Shown here: positions 49,189 through 64,000 of the stretch, in pieces
Layout: the number at the start of each line of letters is the position of its first letter
Numbering within the stretch: position 1 is the stretch's first letter
NCBI GenBank assembly: GCA_020137815.1
Contig: CM035356.1
Span: 2,914,001-2,978,000, forward strand
Reading direction: 5' to 3'
Source of the DNA: Hormiphora californensis
Lineage: Eukaryota > Animalia > Ctenophora
DNA length: 64,000 nucleotides
Notes under the pieces: model-generated
The model's database searches: none
Told to the model about the DNA's origin: nothing
What the model saw: the letters and a program-made list of their open reading frames with translations, nothing else
Program-made: the position numbers and the translations under genes

Positions 49189-49245
<57 letters not shown>

Positions 49246-49250
49246 CCCCC

Positions 49251-49281
<31 letters not shown>

Positions 49282-49644
49282 CCTTGTTTGTTAACAGCCT
49301 TGGTGATGATCTAATACTCCCCAAATACGTGTGATGAAAATATCCTTACTTTATACTTAACTATCATATTATATGTTACTGTCTTATGGCTGTGACAGAA
49401 ATTACACGCATTTTTTATGTGTTTTTTGTGTGATTTTTCTAGAAGCTACCGCAAACACTAAATTGGATAATTACGAGCCCCCCCCCCTTTCGTGTTGTGT
49501 CTCTAGGCTGGCTCATCCCCCAACCTACGGCCAGTTTTCTCACAAAATATTTGGCTGTTTTTATAATTCAGTTCTCTCATGTGGCTGGTATCTTGGTTAG
49601 TATCATGGCCGGTACGTCTGCTACCGTAACACTCTTTTATCTCT

Positions 49645-49713
<69 letters not shown>

Positions 49714-50373
49714 TCTCCATGTCATTGATTTGATTGATCGAACGGTCTATCCAGTCTGTTTATCTCATCAGAGTGTGTGAGCCCTACTACATAGGCGTCC
49801 GGGGATCTGTAAAGAACTACGCCCACCCTATCTGTTATCTCTTCTCTTTCTCTCTCCCTTTCTCTCCATCTCCCTCTCTCTTCCTCTATCCATCTTTCCC
49901 TCTCCCTCTCTCTTCCTCTATCCATCTTTCCCTCTCCATCTCCCTCTCTCTCTCCCCATCTTTCCCTCTCCATCTCCCTCTCTCTTCCTCTATCCATCTT
50001 TCCCTCTCCATCTCCCTCTCTCTTCCTCTATCCATCTTTCCCTCTCCATCTCCCTCTCTCTTCCTCTATCCATATTCCCCTCTCCATCTTCATCTTCCTC
50101 GCAATACATCACTAATGGATTTATCGGTGTCAAAGTCTTTCCCACTTTCCAAGTCTCTCTCGATATATCTCCTGTAGCCCTCTTTCCGACTTTCTGAATC
50201 TCTCTCGATATCTGTAGCCCTCTATCCAGTAATATAACCCCCTACCCAAGAAAGGGTATAGTTATAACAGGTATGTAACTCTAAATTACACAAGGAGAGG
50301 GTCGAGCAAGTATTAGGGATGTAAGTTAGTCCCACCTGCCCCCTAAAGATCACCTTCAACACACTAGAAAGTA

Positions 50374-50588
50374 CGGGTGTCCGGACTGCTGACCGACTGG
50401 ACGCATGACCGACCAATTTTTAGGGCTACGTTTTAGGTTAATGGTTAGGGTTAGGGTGGGGTTAGGGTTAGGGTGGAGTTAGGGTGAGGGTGAGGGTTAG
50501 GGGTGTGGTTAGGGGTTAGGGGTTAAGAGATAAGGGGGATTGAATTTCATTCGGTCATGCGTCCAGTCGGTCAGGAGTCCGGGAGCCG
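50374..50588. mobile_element. 215-bp TIR element with an internal TTAGGG-like array and a 6-bp TSD
   Basis: TIR CGG..CCGGACT[G/C]CTGACCGACTGGACGCATGACCGA; AAAGTA at 50368-50373 and 50589-50594; degenerate GGGTTA repeats at ~50433-50527. Confidence 0.85.
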
Positions 50589-50767
50589 AAAGTACGAAAC
50601 ATACAAGTACAGAAATGCAGTTTTAAAAGTACAGTTTAGGAGTTGTTTACCATTTACCAGATACTTAATAAGTATGTTGTCAGACATTACTCACATCACA
50701 CAATGACACGCCTTTAACAACTTACTACACACAAAGATGTTTATCTCGAGAGTCGAGTCTCTCTCCC

Positions 50768-50821
<54 letters not shown>

Positions 50822-50891
50822 CCTCTCTCTGTCCCTCTCCTCTCTCCTTCTCTCTCTCTCGTCCTCTCTCTCTCTCTCTCTCTCTCTCTCG

Positions 50892-50929
<38 letters not shown>

Positions 50930-51266
50930 TCTCTCCCCTCTCTCAGCTCTTTCACGCCATCTTTTTCCATCTTTCTTTTTCAGCCGCTTGTCGTTCTTTG
51001 TACTCTTCGCGACTTCACTTCTATTTCTAGGAATAGGAATTCTTATTCTTCTCAGTCACCCTTCTCGTTCCTTAATCTGGTTTTAGCCCTGGTTTTTGCC
51101 TTTCTAACCTCAACATGTTCACTATGTGCAGCAATAGTAGTAAAGGCTCATGTTGATTGCATGTTAAAGGGAATGAGATCATTCCGCTCTTCCCTCTCTA
51201 TATCTCTCTCCCTCTCTCCATATATCTCTACCTCTTTCTATCTATAATAACAGTCTCTCTTGCTCC

Positions 51267-51343
<77 letters not shown>

Positions 51344-52051
51344 CCCTCATTCTTTCTTGTATCAGATAGTGAGAAGATATAATGGCAAACAATGGTGCCC
51401 GCTGCCCGGGGACGATCTTGCTACAATTCTTTAGAAAATGGTGGGGTAATAAATATAGAAATTTCATGAACCGGGTTTCTTAGAAATATGATAATTAAAT
51501 GTTCATTTCGTGCTTTGTTAGATAACAATAAGGGGTAGTGTGTCTCGATTTAGCGTTCCCCTCTCTCTCAATGGTATTTTATCAGTAAAACTCCCAACAC
51601 AGCAGAGAAAGGTCACATACGCATAACTTCTGGAGTGCTGAGGTTCTCTTTAAGATTTAAAGTTTAAATCTCTTTTTTTTCCTCTTTTCTCTTTTCTCTT
51701 AACGTCACTGGCGGCACGATCCCTCACTTTTCGTCTCCTATTACGTGAAGGACAAATGACATGAATGTCACTTTTCAAAAATGTATATATGTCTCGAAAA
51801 CAGGCGCTACATCCAACTTCCTTCTTGAAATGTGTGTGACGTGCAGAAACAAAGAGAGATAGAGGTGTTTATTTGTGTCATAGTGTGGTTTTATACAAGT
51901 TTACTTTGTATACGTACTAGGCTGTCCTCCCAGTGTATATTAACTACCACCACGCATGTCAATATATGTGTTTGTTATTTATTGGCAGACGACGCAGTTC
52001 TGTAACGTCGTCCATCCTTAGGCCGTGTTATTGCCTCCCCCGACCCAGTAT

Positions 52052-52209
52052 TAAAGTCGAATTTTTTGAAGTTGTCACCCCAAACTCGTGCGTGTTCAAT
52101 GTTTATAACTTTTTGACATCAAACCATCACCACACGTTGACATGCGCTAGGTGTGCAAAAAACGAGCACACACAGGGGTGGGGGTGACAACTTCAAAAAT
52201 CCGTTTTTA
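52052..52209. mobile_element. MITE related to the 5723-5992 element
   Basis: TAAAGTCGAATTTTTTGAAGTTGTCACCCC...GGGGTGACAACTTCAAAAATCCG; a left-arm fragment also occurs at ~7496. Confidence 0.65.
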
Positions 52210-52639
52210 GTAGCCCATCGACAGTAGACCCTAATATTGCAATACTCCCCCCTCTCTCTCTCTCTTCCCCCCTCTCTCCCCATCCCTCTCTCTCTCTCCC
52301 TCTCTCCTTATCTCCACATAGATACATGTGGGCATGTTCTGAATTTTTACGTTGCATATATTATTGTCCCGCACCTGTTTACATTAAAATATATTCTAGC
52401 CCCCTTTGTTACTGTATTCTAGCCCCCCTTGTAACTACTTGTTAGATAAATCTTCTTAGTAGAGGTCCTTTATTTTACGTCAGTAAGCCCAGAATATTCA
52501 TTGCATTTATTTTGTGCGAGCGACAAAACTAGAGACATAAAGTATGCACCATTTGCATATTTTGCTATTCTTTTTATTTATTTAGAGCCTTAAGGGTAGC
52601 CTTTATGTTCATTTTTAAAAGTTATTTAGTTGTCTAAGC

Positions 52640-52712
<73 letters not shown>

Positions 52713-53205
52713 TCTGGTTAGCAACTGTTTACCCAGGCTTAACAAACAGGCGTGTACTGTGCACTATTAGCCGTTTCCCTTCCTCTTTCACACTACGTGA
52801 GAGAGAGTGAGGGAGAGCGAGAGAGAAAAGCCTAACACACAGATTTTTAATCCGTGCACAAAATGTATTACTTTTCCTCGTCTCTCTCTCTCTTGGAGTT
52901 AATATACCGTTAGAGAGATATTAAGGAGTGATTAATAAAAACAAATTCAATGTAACAACCCTTTCTCTATCTTACTTTATTCCCACCATCCTTTACTTTG
53001 CTTTATATCCCAGGACTCCTTCGCTCTATCTCTACCAAACCTCTTATAAAGTTATAATAAACCCTCTTCAATCTCTAACCCCCCCCCCTTTCTCCATATC
53101 CTATAAAGTACTAAACCCCCTCCTTCCCTTTTAAAGGTATACAACTGTATGGCCCGGTGATCGCACTACTACTCCCTCTCTCACCACACACACACTCTCC
53201 CCACA

Positions 53206-56926
<3,721 letters not shown>

Positions 56927-57290
56927 TATGAAGAGAAACATACGATAGAGTGGTATATTGGAAGATGAGAGAGACACTGCTGCATCTCACTTGCACCCGC
57001 GTGTCCCTAAGAAAAATAGCGGGACAAGCGGTGAAAAGAGAGGGAGAGAGAGAGAGAGGGAGAATGAGAGAGAAGGGGAAGATATAATGTGTGTGAGTGT
57101 GTGTTTCAAACCGTAGAATAATCTGTAAGAGTGGAAGTGTCTATATCGCAGCGAAGGGGTGAAAGTTTTTTTTCAAATGTAGTTTTTGAAGTTCAATTTA
57201 TTGGATATAATCGGAATTTCGGGGTTTTATCCAGGACAGGAATCTGTTGAAAGTGAAAGAAAAAGTTTGAACACACACAAGGAATGATAA

Positions 57291-57474
57291 AGTGTCGCTT
57301 CTAGTGGAGAAACGGTGTCCAAACACCGTGTGCAGACGCATACGTAGCGTGCGGGTAATAAACACATGTTCAGCTTGATCTAGCTGATAAAGTGGGCTTT
57401 GGTACCCACGCGTGACTCAAACGGTGCGTCTGCACACGGTGTTTGGACACCGTTTCTCCACTACAAGCGACCCT
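57291..57474. mobile_element. Palindromic MITE, ~50-bp TIRs
   Basis: GTCGCTT[C/G]TAGTGGAGAAACGGTGTCCAAACACCGTGTGCAGACGCA and its reverse complement. Confidence 0.8.
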
Positions 57475-57575
57475 GATAGAATCTAGTAGGGGATACTAGC
57501 GTTCAGCAATACGTGCAACAAACACGTGCCCGTCTGAGAAATTACATGAAGATGCGGGATTGTGTGTGCCACGCT

Positions 57576-57667
57576 CTGTCTGTCGCGGCGGACCCCATCT
57601 GAGTGCACTATCACGCCCTCAGATCAGAATTTGAGAACCAAATCGGGGTATGGCGCCGCCAAACAGA
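57576..57667. mobile_element. Small dispersed repeat (CTGTCTGGCGCCGC..GACCCCATCTGAG family); copies at ~24975-25032 and ~58719-58746
   Basis: Shared ~28-bp arm in three places with imperfect inverted ends. Confidence 0.5.
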
Positions 57668-57865
57668 CCACGCTAGTGTCCCCTACTAAATATCGTGAGA
57701 GAGAGGGAGAGAGAGTGTTTTTTACATCCAACTCTGGTACAATGAAGAGCTACTATTAACCCGCCAGGGCGTTCTCTTGTTAAGTAACGTGAGACAAGTG
57801 TTTGTTGGTTGGTGTGTTGTTGTTTTGTTTTTTGTACTCCAGGAAGGGAAGCATTATATAAAATA

Positions 57866-57959
57866 CAGTGGGACCCCGATTTACCGGGATATGCTATCGG
57901 GGGAAGACGTTTGTCTGGTAAATCAGGGTGCCCGGTAAATCGACTGGTCGGTCCGACTG
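57866..57959. mobile_element. Tc1/mariner(pogo)-type MITE, TA-CAGT...ACTG-TA; partial copy at ~46800-46841
   Basis: CAGTGGGACCCCGATTTACCGGG / CCCGGTAAATCG..GGTCCGACTG with TA flanks. Confidence 0.7.
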
Positions 57960-58780
57960 TATTATATTAATGTACAACACTATTATAATGCGGTTTACAT
58001 AATTTTCAGGTATAAGTTATGGTTAAGTTGGGTTAAAATATTGGAAAAGATACAGCTTCTAAGGTCTTGAACAGTGTATATGTTTTTATAAAGATATCCC
58101 CCAGTAAATACAAGTTGTGAATAGGACCCTCACATTCAACCACTATACTATTCTTGGTGGCTGTATCTGTCCCGTTTTTTTTTGTGATAAAAGCAACAAA
58201 GGTGTGTATGTTTTGCAGGGTACACAGAATATGGAGTTGAGTGATGTATTATATATTATTGGTTGTGTTTATCTACACACAGGCACACCCACACCACACA
58301 CAAATTTGAGGAGAGAATTATAACTCTTCACATTTTGATGATATCCCGTGTTTATAATTGTTCCAAATCTGTGTAGTTGCTATTAAAGTGAAAGCTGGGC
58401 ACATCTCTCTTTTTCCGTGGTATATTCAAAACCACTATTGGTTTCTCTTTCTCTCTCCCTTTCACCTTAGTAGCAATTACACCGGCCGGTTAGTTAAAAT
58501 CAGCAGACTGATAGAACTGGCCGAGCTGCCAGGCCAGGGGGCATGGGGATGCGGGGGGGGGGGGGGGGGGGGATTTGGGCACTTTTCGGACTCTGAGGAA
58601 CCGCTTTACGCTGAAATATGTGTACAGTTGTCCGGCATCGTACTACTACCGAGTAGTAGTAGCCGTGCATCTTACTGACATTCAGAGCTCTGCATAGATC
58701 ATCGCACTACTGCCGTCTCTGTCTGGCGCCGCTGACCCCATCTGAGCGCACTGTTAAATAGCGCCCATTTGAGGGTCCGT

Positions 58781-61700
58781 GAGTGAAAAGGTTTCTTAGA
58801 GATTAGGTGGGTCAAAGTGAGAAGGTTTCTTAGAGATAAGGTGGGTCAAAGAGACAAAGTTTCTTAGAGATAAGGTGGGTCAAAGTAAGAAGGTTTCTTA
58901 GAGATAAGGTGGGTCAAAGTGAGAAGGTTTCTTAGAGATAAGGTGGGTCAGAGTGAGAAAGTTTCTTAGAGATAAAGCGGGTCAGAGTGAGAAGGTTTCT
59001 TAGAGATTAGGTGGGTCAAAGTGAGAAGGTTTCTTAGAGATAAGGTGGGTCAAAGTGAGAAGGTTTCTTAGAGATTAGTTGGGTGAAAGTGAGAAGGTTT
59101 CTTAGAGATAAGGTGGGTCAAAGTGAGAAGGTTTCTTAAAGATAAGGTGGGTCAAAGTGAGAAGGTTTCTTAGAGATAAGGTGGGTCAAAGTGAAAAGGT
59201 TTCTTAGAGATAAGGTGGGTCAAAGTGAGAAGGTTTCATAGAGAAAGGTGGCTCAGAGTGAGAAGGTTTCTTAGAGATAAGGTGGGTCAAAGTGAGAAGG
59301 TTTCTTAGAGATAAGGTGGGTCAAAGTGAGAAGGTTTCTTAGAGATAAGGTAGGTCAAAGTGAGAAGGTTTCTTAGAGACAAGCTGGGTCAAAGTGAGAA
59401 GGTTTCTTAGAGATAAGGTGGGTCAAAGTGAGAAGGTTTCTTAGAGATAAGGTGGGTCAAAGTAAGAAGGTTTCTTAGAGATAAGGTGGGTCAAAGTGAG
59501 AAGGTTTCTTAGAGATAAGGTGGGTCAGAGTGAGAAAGTTTCTTAGAGATAAAGCGGGTCAGAGTGAGAAGGTTTCTTAGAGATAAGGTGGCTCAGAGTG
59601 AGAAGGTTTCTTAGAGATAAGGTGGGTCAAAGTGAGAAGGTTTCTTAGAGATAAGGTGGGTCAAAGTGAGAAGGTTTCTTAGAGATAAGGTGGCTCAGAG
59701 TGAGAAGGTTTCTTAGAGATAAGGTGGGTCAAAGTGAGAAGGTTTCTTAGAGATAAGGTGGGTCAAAGTGAGAAGGTTTCTTAGAGATAAGGTGGGTCAA
59801 AGTGAGAAGGTTTCATAGAGATAAGGTGGCTCAGAGTGAGAAGGTTTCTTAGAGATAAGGTGGGTCAAAGTGAGAAGGTTTCTTAGAGATAAGGTGGGTC
59901 AAAGTGAGAAGGTTTCTTAGAGATAAGGTGGGTCAAAGTGAGAAGGTTTCTTAGAGATAAGGTCGGTCAAAGTGAGAAGGTTACTTAGAGATAAGGTTGG
60001 TCATAGTGAGAAGATTTCTTAGAGATAAGGTGGATCAAAGTGAGAAGGCTTCTTAGAGATAAGGTGGGTCAAAGTGACAAGGTTTCTTAGAGATAAGTTG
60101 GGTCAGAGTGAGAAGGTTTCTTAGAAATAAGGTGGGTCAGAGTGAGAAGGTTTCTTAGAGATAAGGTGGGTCAGAGTGAGAAGGTTTCTTAGAGATAAGG
60201 TGGGTCAAAGTGAGAAGGTTTCTTAGAGATTAGGAGGGTCAAAGTGAGAAGGTTTCTTAGAGATAAGGTGGGTTAAAGTGAGAAGGTTTCTTAGAAATAA
60301 GGTGGGTCAAAGTGAGAAGGTTTCTTAGAGATAAGGTTGGTCAAAGTGAGAAGGTTTCTTAGAGATAAGGTGGGTCAAAGTGAGAAGGTTTCTTAGAGAT
60401 AAGGTGGGTCAAAGTGAGAAGGTTTCTTAGAGATAAGGTGGGTCAAAGTGAGAAGGTTTCTTAGAAATTACGTGGGTCAAAGTGAGAAGGTTTCTTAGAG
60501 ATAAGGTGGGTCAAAGTGAGAAGGTTTCTTAGAGATAAGGTGGGTCAAAGTGAGAAGGTTTCTTAGAGATAAGGTGGGTCAAAGTGAGAAGGTTTCTTAG
60601 AGATAAGGTGGGTCAAAGTGAGAAGGTTTCTTAGAGATAAGGTGGGTCAAAGTGAGAAGGTTTCTTAGAGATAAGGTGGGTCAAAGTGAGAAGGTTTCTT
60701 AGAGATAAGGTGGGTCAATAGTGAGAAGGTTTCTTAGAGATAAGGTGGGTCAAAGTGAGAAGGTTTCTTAGAGATAAGGTGGGTCAAAGTGAGAAGGTTT
60801 CTTAGAGATAAGGTGGGTCAAAGTGAGAAGGTTTCTTAGAGATAAGGTGAGTCAGAGTGAGAGAGTTTCTAAGAGATAAGGTGGGTCAGAGTGAGAAGGT
60901 TTCTTAGAGATAAGGTGGGTCAAAGTGAGAAGGTTTCTTAGAGATAAGGTGGGTCAAAGTGAGAAGGTTTCTTAGAGATAAGGTGGGTCAAAGTGAGAAG
61001 GTTTCTTAGAGATAAGGTGGGTCAAAGTGAGAAGGTTTCTTAGAGATAAGGTGGGTCAAAGTGAGAAGGTTTCTTAGAGATAAGGTGGGTCAAAGTGAGA
61101 AGGTTTCTTAGAGATAAGGTGGGTCAAAGTGAGAAGGTTTCTTAGAGATAAGGTGGGTCAAAGTGAGAAGGTTTCTTAGAGATAAGGTGGGTCAAAGTGA
61201 GAAGGTTTCTTAGAGATAAGGTGGGTCAAAGTGAGAAGGTTTCTTAGAGATAAGGTGGGTCAAAGTGAGAAGGTTTCTTAGAGATAAGGTGGGTCAAAGT
61301 GAGAAGGTTTCTTAGAGATAAGGTGGGTCAAGTGAGAAGGTTTCTTAGAGATAAGGTGGGTCAAAGTGAGAAGGTTTCTTAGAGATAAGGTGGGTCAAAG
61401 TGAGAAGGTTTCTTAGAGATAAGGTGGGTCAAAGTGAGAAGGTTTCTTAGAGATAAGGTGGGTCAGAGTGAGAAGGTTTCTTAGAGATAAGGTGGGTCAA
61501 AGTGAAAAGGTTTCTTAGAGATAAGGTGGGTCAGAGTGAGAAGGTTTCTTAGAGATTAGGTGGGTCAAATTGAGAAGGTTTCTTAGAGATAAAGTGGGTC
61601 AAAGTGATAAGGTTTCTTAGAGATAAGGTCGGTCAAAGTGAGAAGGTTACTTAGAGATAAGGTTGGTCATAGTGAGAAGGTTTCTTAGAGATAAGGTGGA

Positions 61701-64000
61701 TCAAAGTGAGAAGGTTTCTTAGAGATAAGGTGGGTCAAAGTGACAAGGTTTCTTAGAGATAAGTTGGGTCAGAGTGAGAAGGTTTCTTAGAAATAAGGTG
61801 GGTCAGAGTGAGAAGGTTTCTTAGAGATAAGGTGGGTCAGAGTGAGAAGGTTTCTTAGAGATAAGGTTGGTCAAAGTGAGAAGGTTTCTTAGAGATTAGG
61901 AGGGTCAAAGTGAGAAGGTTTCTTAGAGATAAGGTGGGTTAAAGTGAGAAGGTTTCTTAGAAATAACGTGGGTCAAAGTGAGAAGGTTTCTTAGAGATAA
62001 GGTTGGTCAAAGTGAGAAGGTTTCTTAGAGATAAGGTGGGTCAGAGTGAGAAGGTTTCTTAGAGATAAGGTGGGTCAAAGTGAGAAGGTTTCTTAGAGAT
62101 AAGGTGGGTCAAAGTGAGAAGGTTTCTTAGAGATAAGTTGGGTCAAAGTGAGAAGCTTTCTTAGAGATAAGGTGGGTCAAAGTGAGAAGGTTTCTTAGAG
62201 ATAAGGTGGGTCAGAGTGAGAAGGTTTCTTAGAGATAAGGTGGGTCAAAGTGAGAAGGTTTCTTAGAGATTAGTTGGGTGAAAGTGAGAAGGTTTCTTAG
62301 AGATAAGGTGTGTCAAAGTGAGAAGGTTTCTTAGAGATAAGGTGGGTCAAAGTGAGAAGGTTTCTTAGAGATAAGGTGGGTCAAAGTGAGAAGGTTTCTT
62401 AGAGATAAGGTGGGTCAGAGTGGGAACGTTTCTTAGAGATAAGATGGGTCAGAGTGGGAAGGTTTCTTAGAGATAAGGTGGGTCAAAGTGAGAAGGTTTC
62501 TTAGAGATTAGGTTGGTCAAAGTGAGAAGGTTTCTTAGAGATAAGGTGGGTAAAAGTGAGAAGGTTTCTTAGAGATAAGGTGGGTCAGAGTGAGAAGGTT
62601 TCTTAGAGATAAGGTGGGTCAGAGTGAGAAGGTTTCTTAGAGATAAGGTGGGTCAGAGTGAGAAGGTTTCTTAGAGATAAGGTGGGTCAGAGTGAGAATG
62701 TTTCTGAGAGATTATGTGGGTCAAAGTGAGAAGGTTTCTTAGAGATAAGGTGGGTCAAAGTGAGAAGGTTTCTTAGAGATAAGGTGGATCGAAGTGAGAA
62801 GGTTTCTTAGAGATAAGGTGGGTCAGAGTGAGAATGTTTCTTAGAGATTATGTGGGTCAAAGTGAGAAGGTTTCTTAGAGATAAGGTGGGTCAAAGTGAG
62901 AAGGTTACTTAAAAATAAGGTGGATCGAAGTGAGAAGGTTTCTTAGAGATAAGGTGGGTCAGAGTGAGAAGGTTTCTTAGAGATAAGGCGGGTCAGAGTG
63001 AGAAGGTTTCTTAGAGATAAGGTAGGTCAAAGTGAAAAGGTTTCTTAGAGATAAGGTCGGTCAGAGTGAGAAGGTTTCTTAGAGATTAGGTGGGTCAAAT
63101 TGAGAAGGTTTCTTAGAGATAAGGTGGGTCAAAGTGAGAAGGTTTCTTAGAGATAAGGTGGATCAAAGTGAGAAGGTTTCTTAGAGATAAGGTGGGTCAA
63201 AGTGACAAGGTTTCTTAGAGATAAGTTGGGTCAGAGTGAGAAGGTTTCTTAGAAATAAGGTGGGTCAGAGTGAGAAGGTTTCTTAGAGATAAGGTGGGTC
63301 AGAGTGAGAAGGTTTCTTAGAGATAAGGTTGGTCAAAGTGAGAAGGTTTCTTAGAGATTAGGAAGGGTCAAAGTGAGAAGGTTTCTTAGAGATAAGGTGG
63401 GTTAAAGTGAGAAGGTTTCTTAGAAATAAGGTGGGTCAAGGTGAGAAGGTTTCTTAGAGATAAGGTTGGTCAAAGTGAGAAGGTTTCTTAGAGATAAGGT
63501 GGGTCAAAGTGAGAAGGTTTCTTAGAGATAAGGTGGGTCAAAGTGAGAAGGTTTCTTAGAGATAAGGTGGGTCAAAGTGAGAAGGTTTCTTAGAGATAAG
63601 GTGGGTCAGAGTGAGAAGGTTTCTTAGAGATAAGGTGGGTCAAAGTGAGAAGGTTTCTTAGAGATTAGTTGGGTGAAAGTGAGAAGGTTTCTTAGAGATA
63701 AGGTGGGTCAAAGTGAGAATGTTTCTTAGAGATAAGGTGGGTCAAAGTGAGAAGGTTTCTTAGAGATAAGGTGGGTCAAAGTGAGAAGGTTTCTTAGAGA
63801 TAAGGTGGGTCAGAGTGAGAACGTTTCTTAGAGATAAGATGGGTCAGAGTGGGAAGGTTTCTTAGAGATAAGGTGGGTCAAAGTGAGAAGGTTTCTTAGA
63901 GATTAGGTTGGTCAAAGTGAGAAGGTTTCTTAGAGATAAGGTGGATCGAAGTGAGAAGGTTTCTTAGAGATAAGGTGGGTCAGAGTGAGAAGGTTTCTTA
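58781..64000. repeat. 34-bp satellite (AGTGAGAAGGTTTCTTAGAGATAAGGTGGGTCAA), ~150 copies, runs off the window end
   Basis: Direct reading; contiguous units with no spacers. Confidence 0.98.

Noticed and set aside
50433-50527. True telomere
   Set aside because: Short, degenerate and enclosed by TIRs and a TSD.
58781-64000. 34-bp repeats as a CRISPR array
   Set aside because: Units are contiguous with no unique spacers, there are no cas genes, and the context is eukaryotic.

Overview
Intron-rich eukaryotic genomic DNA, probably a marine invertebrate. A ctenophore is a guess from the small GT-AG introns, (CT)n/(GACA)n tracts and gene content, and cannot be confirmed here. Six protein-coding loci were reconstructed by hand. 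(1) A tetraspanin (-, 1635-4245) and (2) an ammonium transporter (+, 4741-8112) share a ~500 bp divergent promoter. (3) A ~34 kb gel-forming mucin-like gene (-, 8663-42816, roughly 7,300 aa) has the order: signal peptide, EMI-like domain, three VWD-C8-TIL assemblies, short PTS, three DNRLRE/CBM96-like domains, a ~5,100-aa PTS region in one 15.7 kb exon, and a cystine knot. (4) An intronless D-glutamate cyclase (DGLUCY, +) is interrupted by three consecutive +1 frameshifts, each segment ending in TGA. (5) PBDC1 (+) is intronless. (6) PPM1A/B is a PP2C phosphatase (+). Introns carry several TIR elements, including a hAT-type element with an 8-bp TSD. The window ends in a >5 kb 34-bp satellite. 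The most notable observations are the prokaryote-type DNRLRE-like domains inside a polymeric mucin, the triple +1 frameshift in DGLUCY, and an Amt lacking the twin-Phe gate. All family assignments come from recognising motifs by eye; no searches were run.
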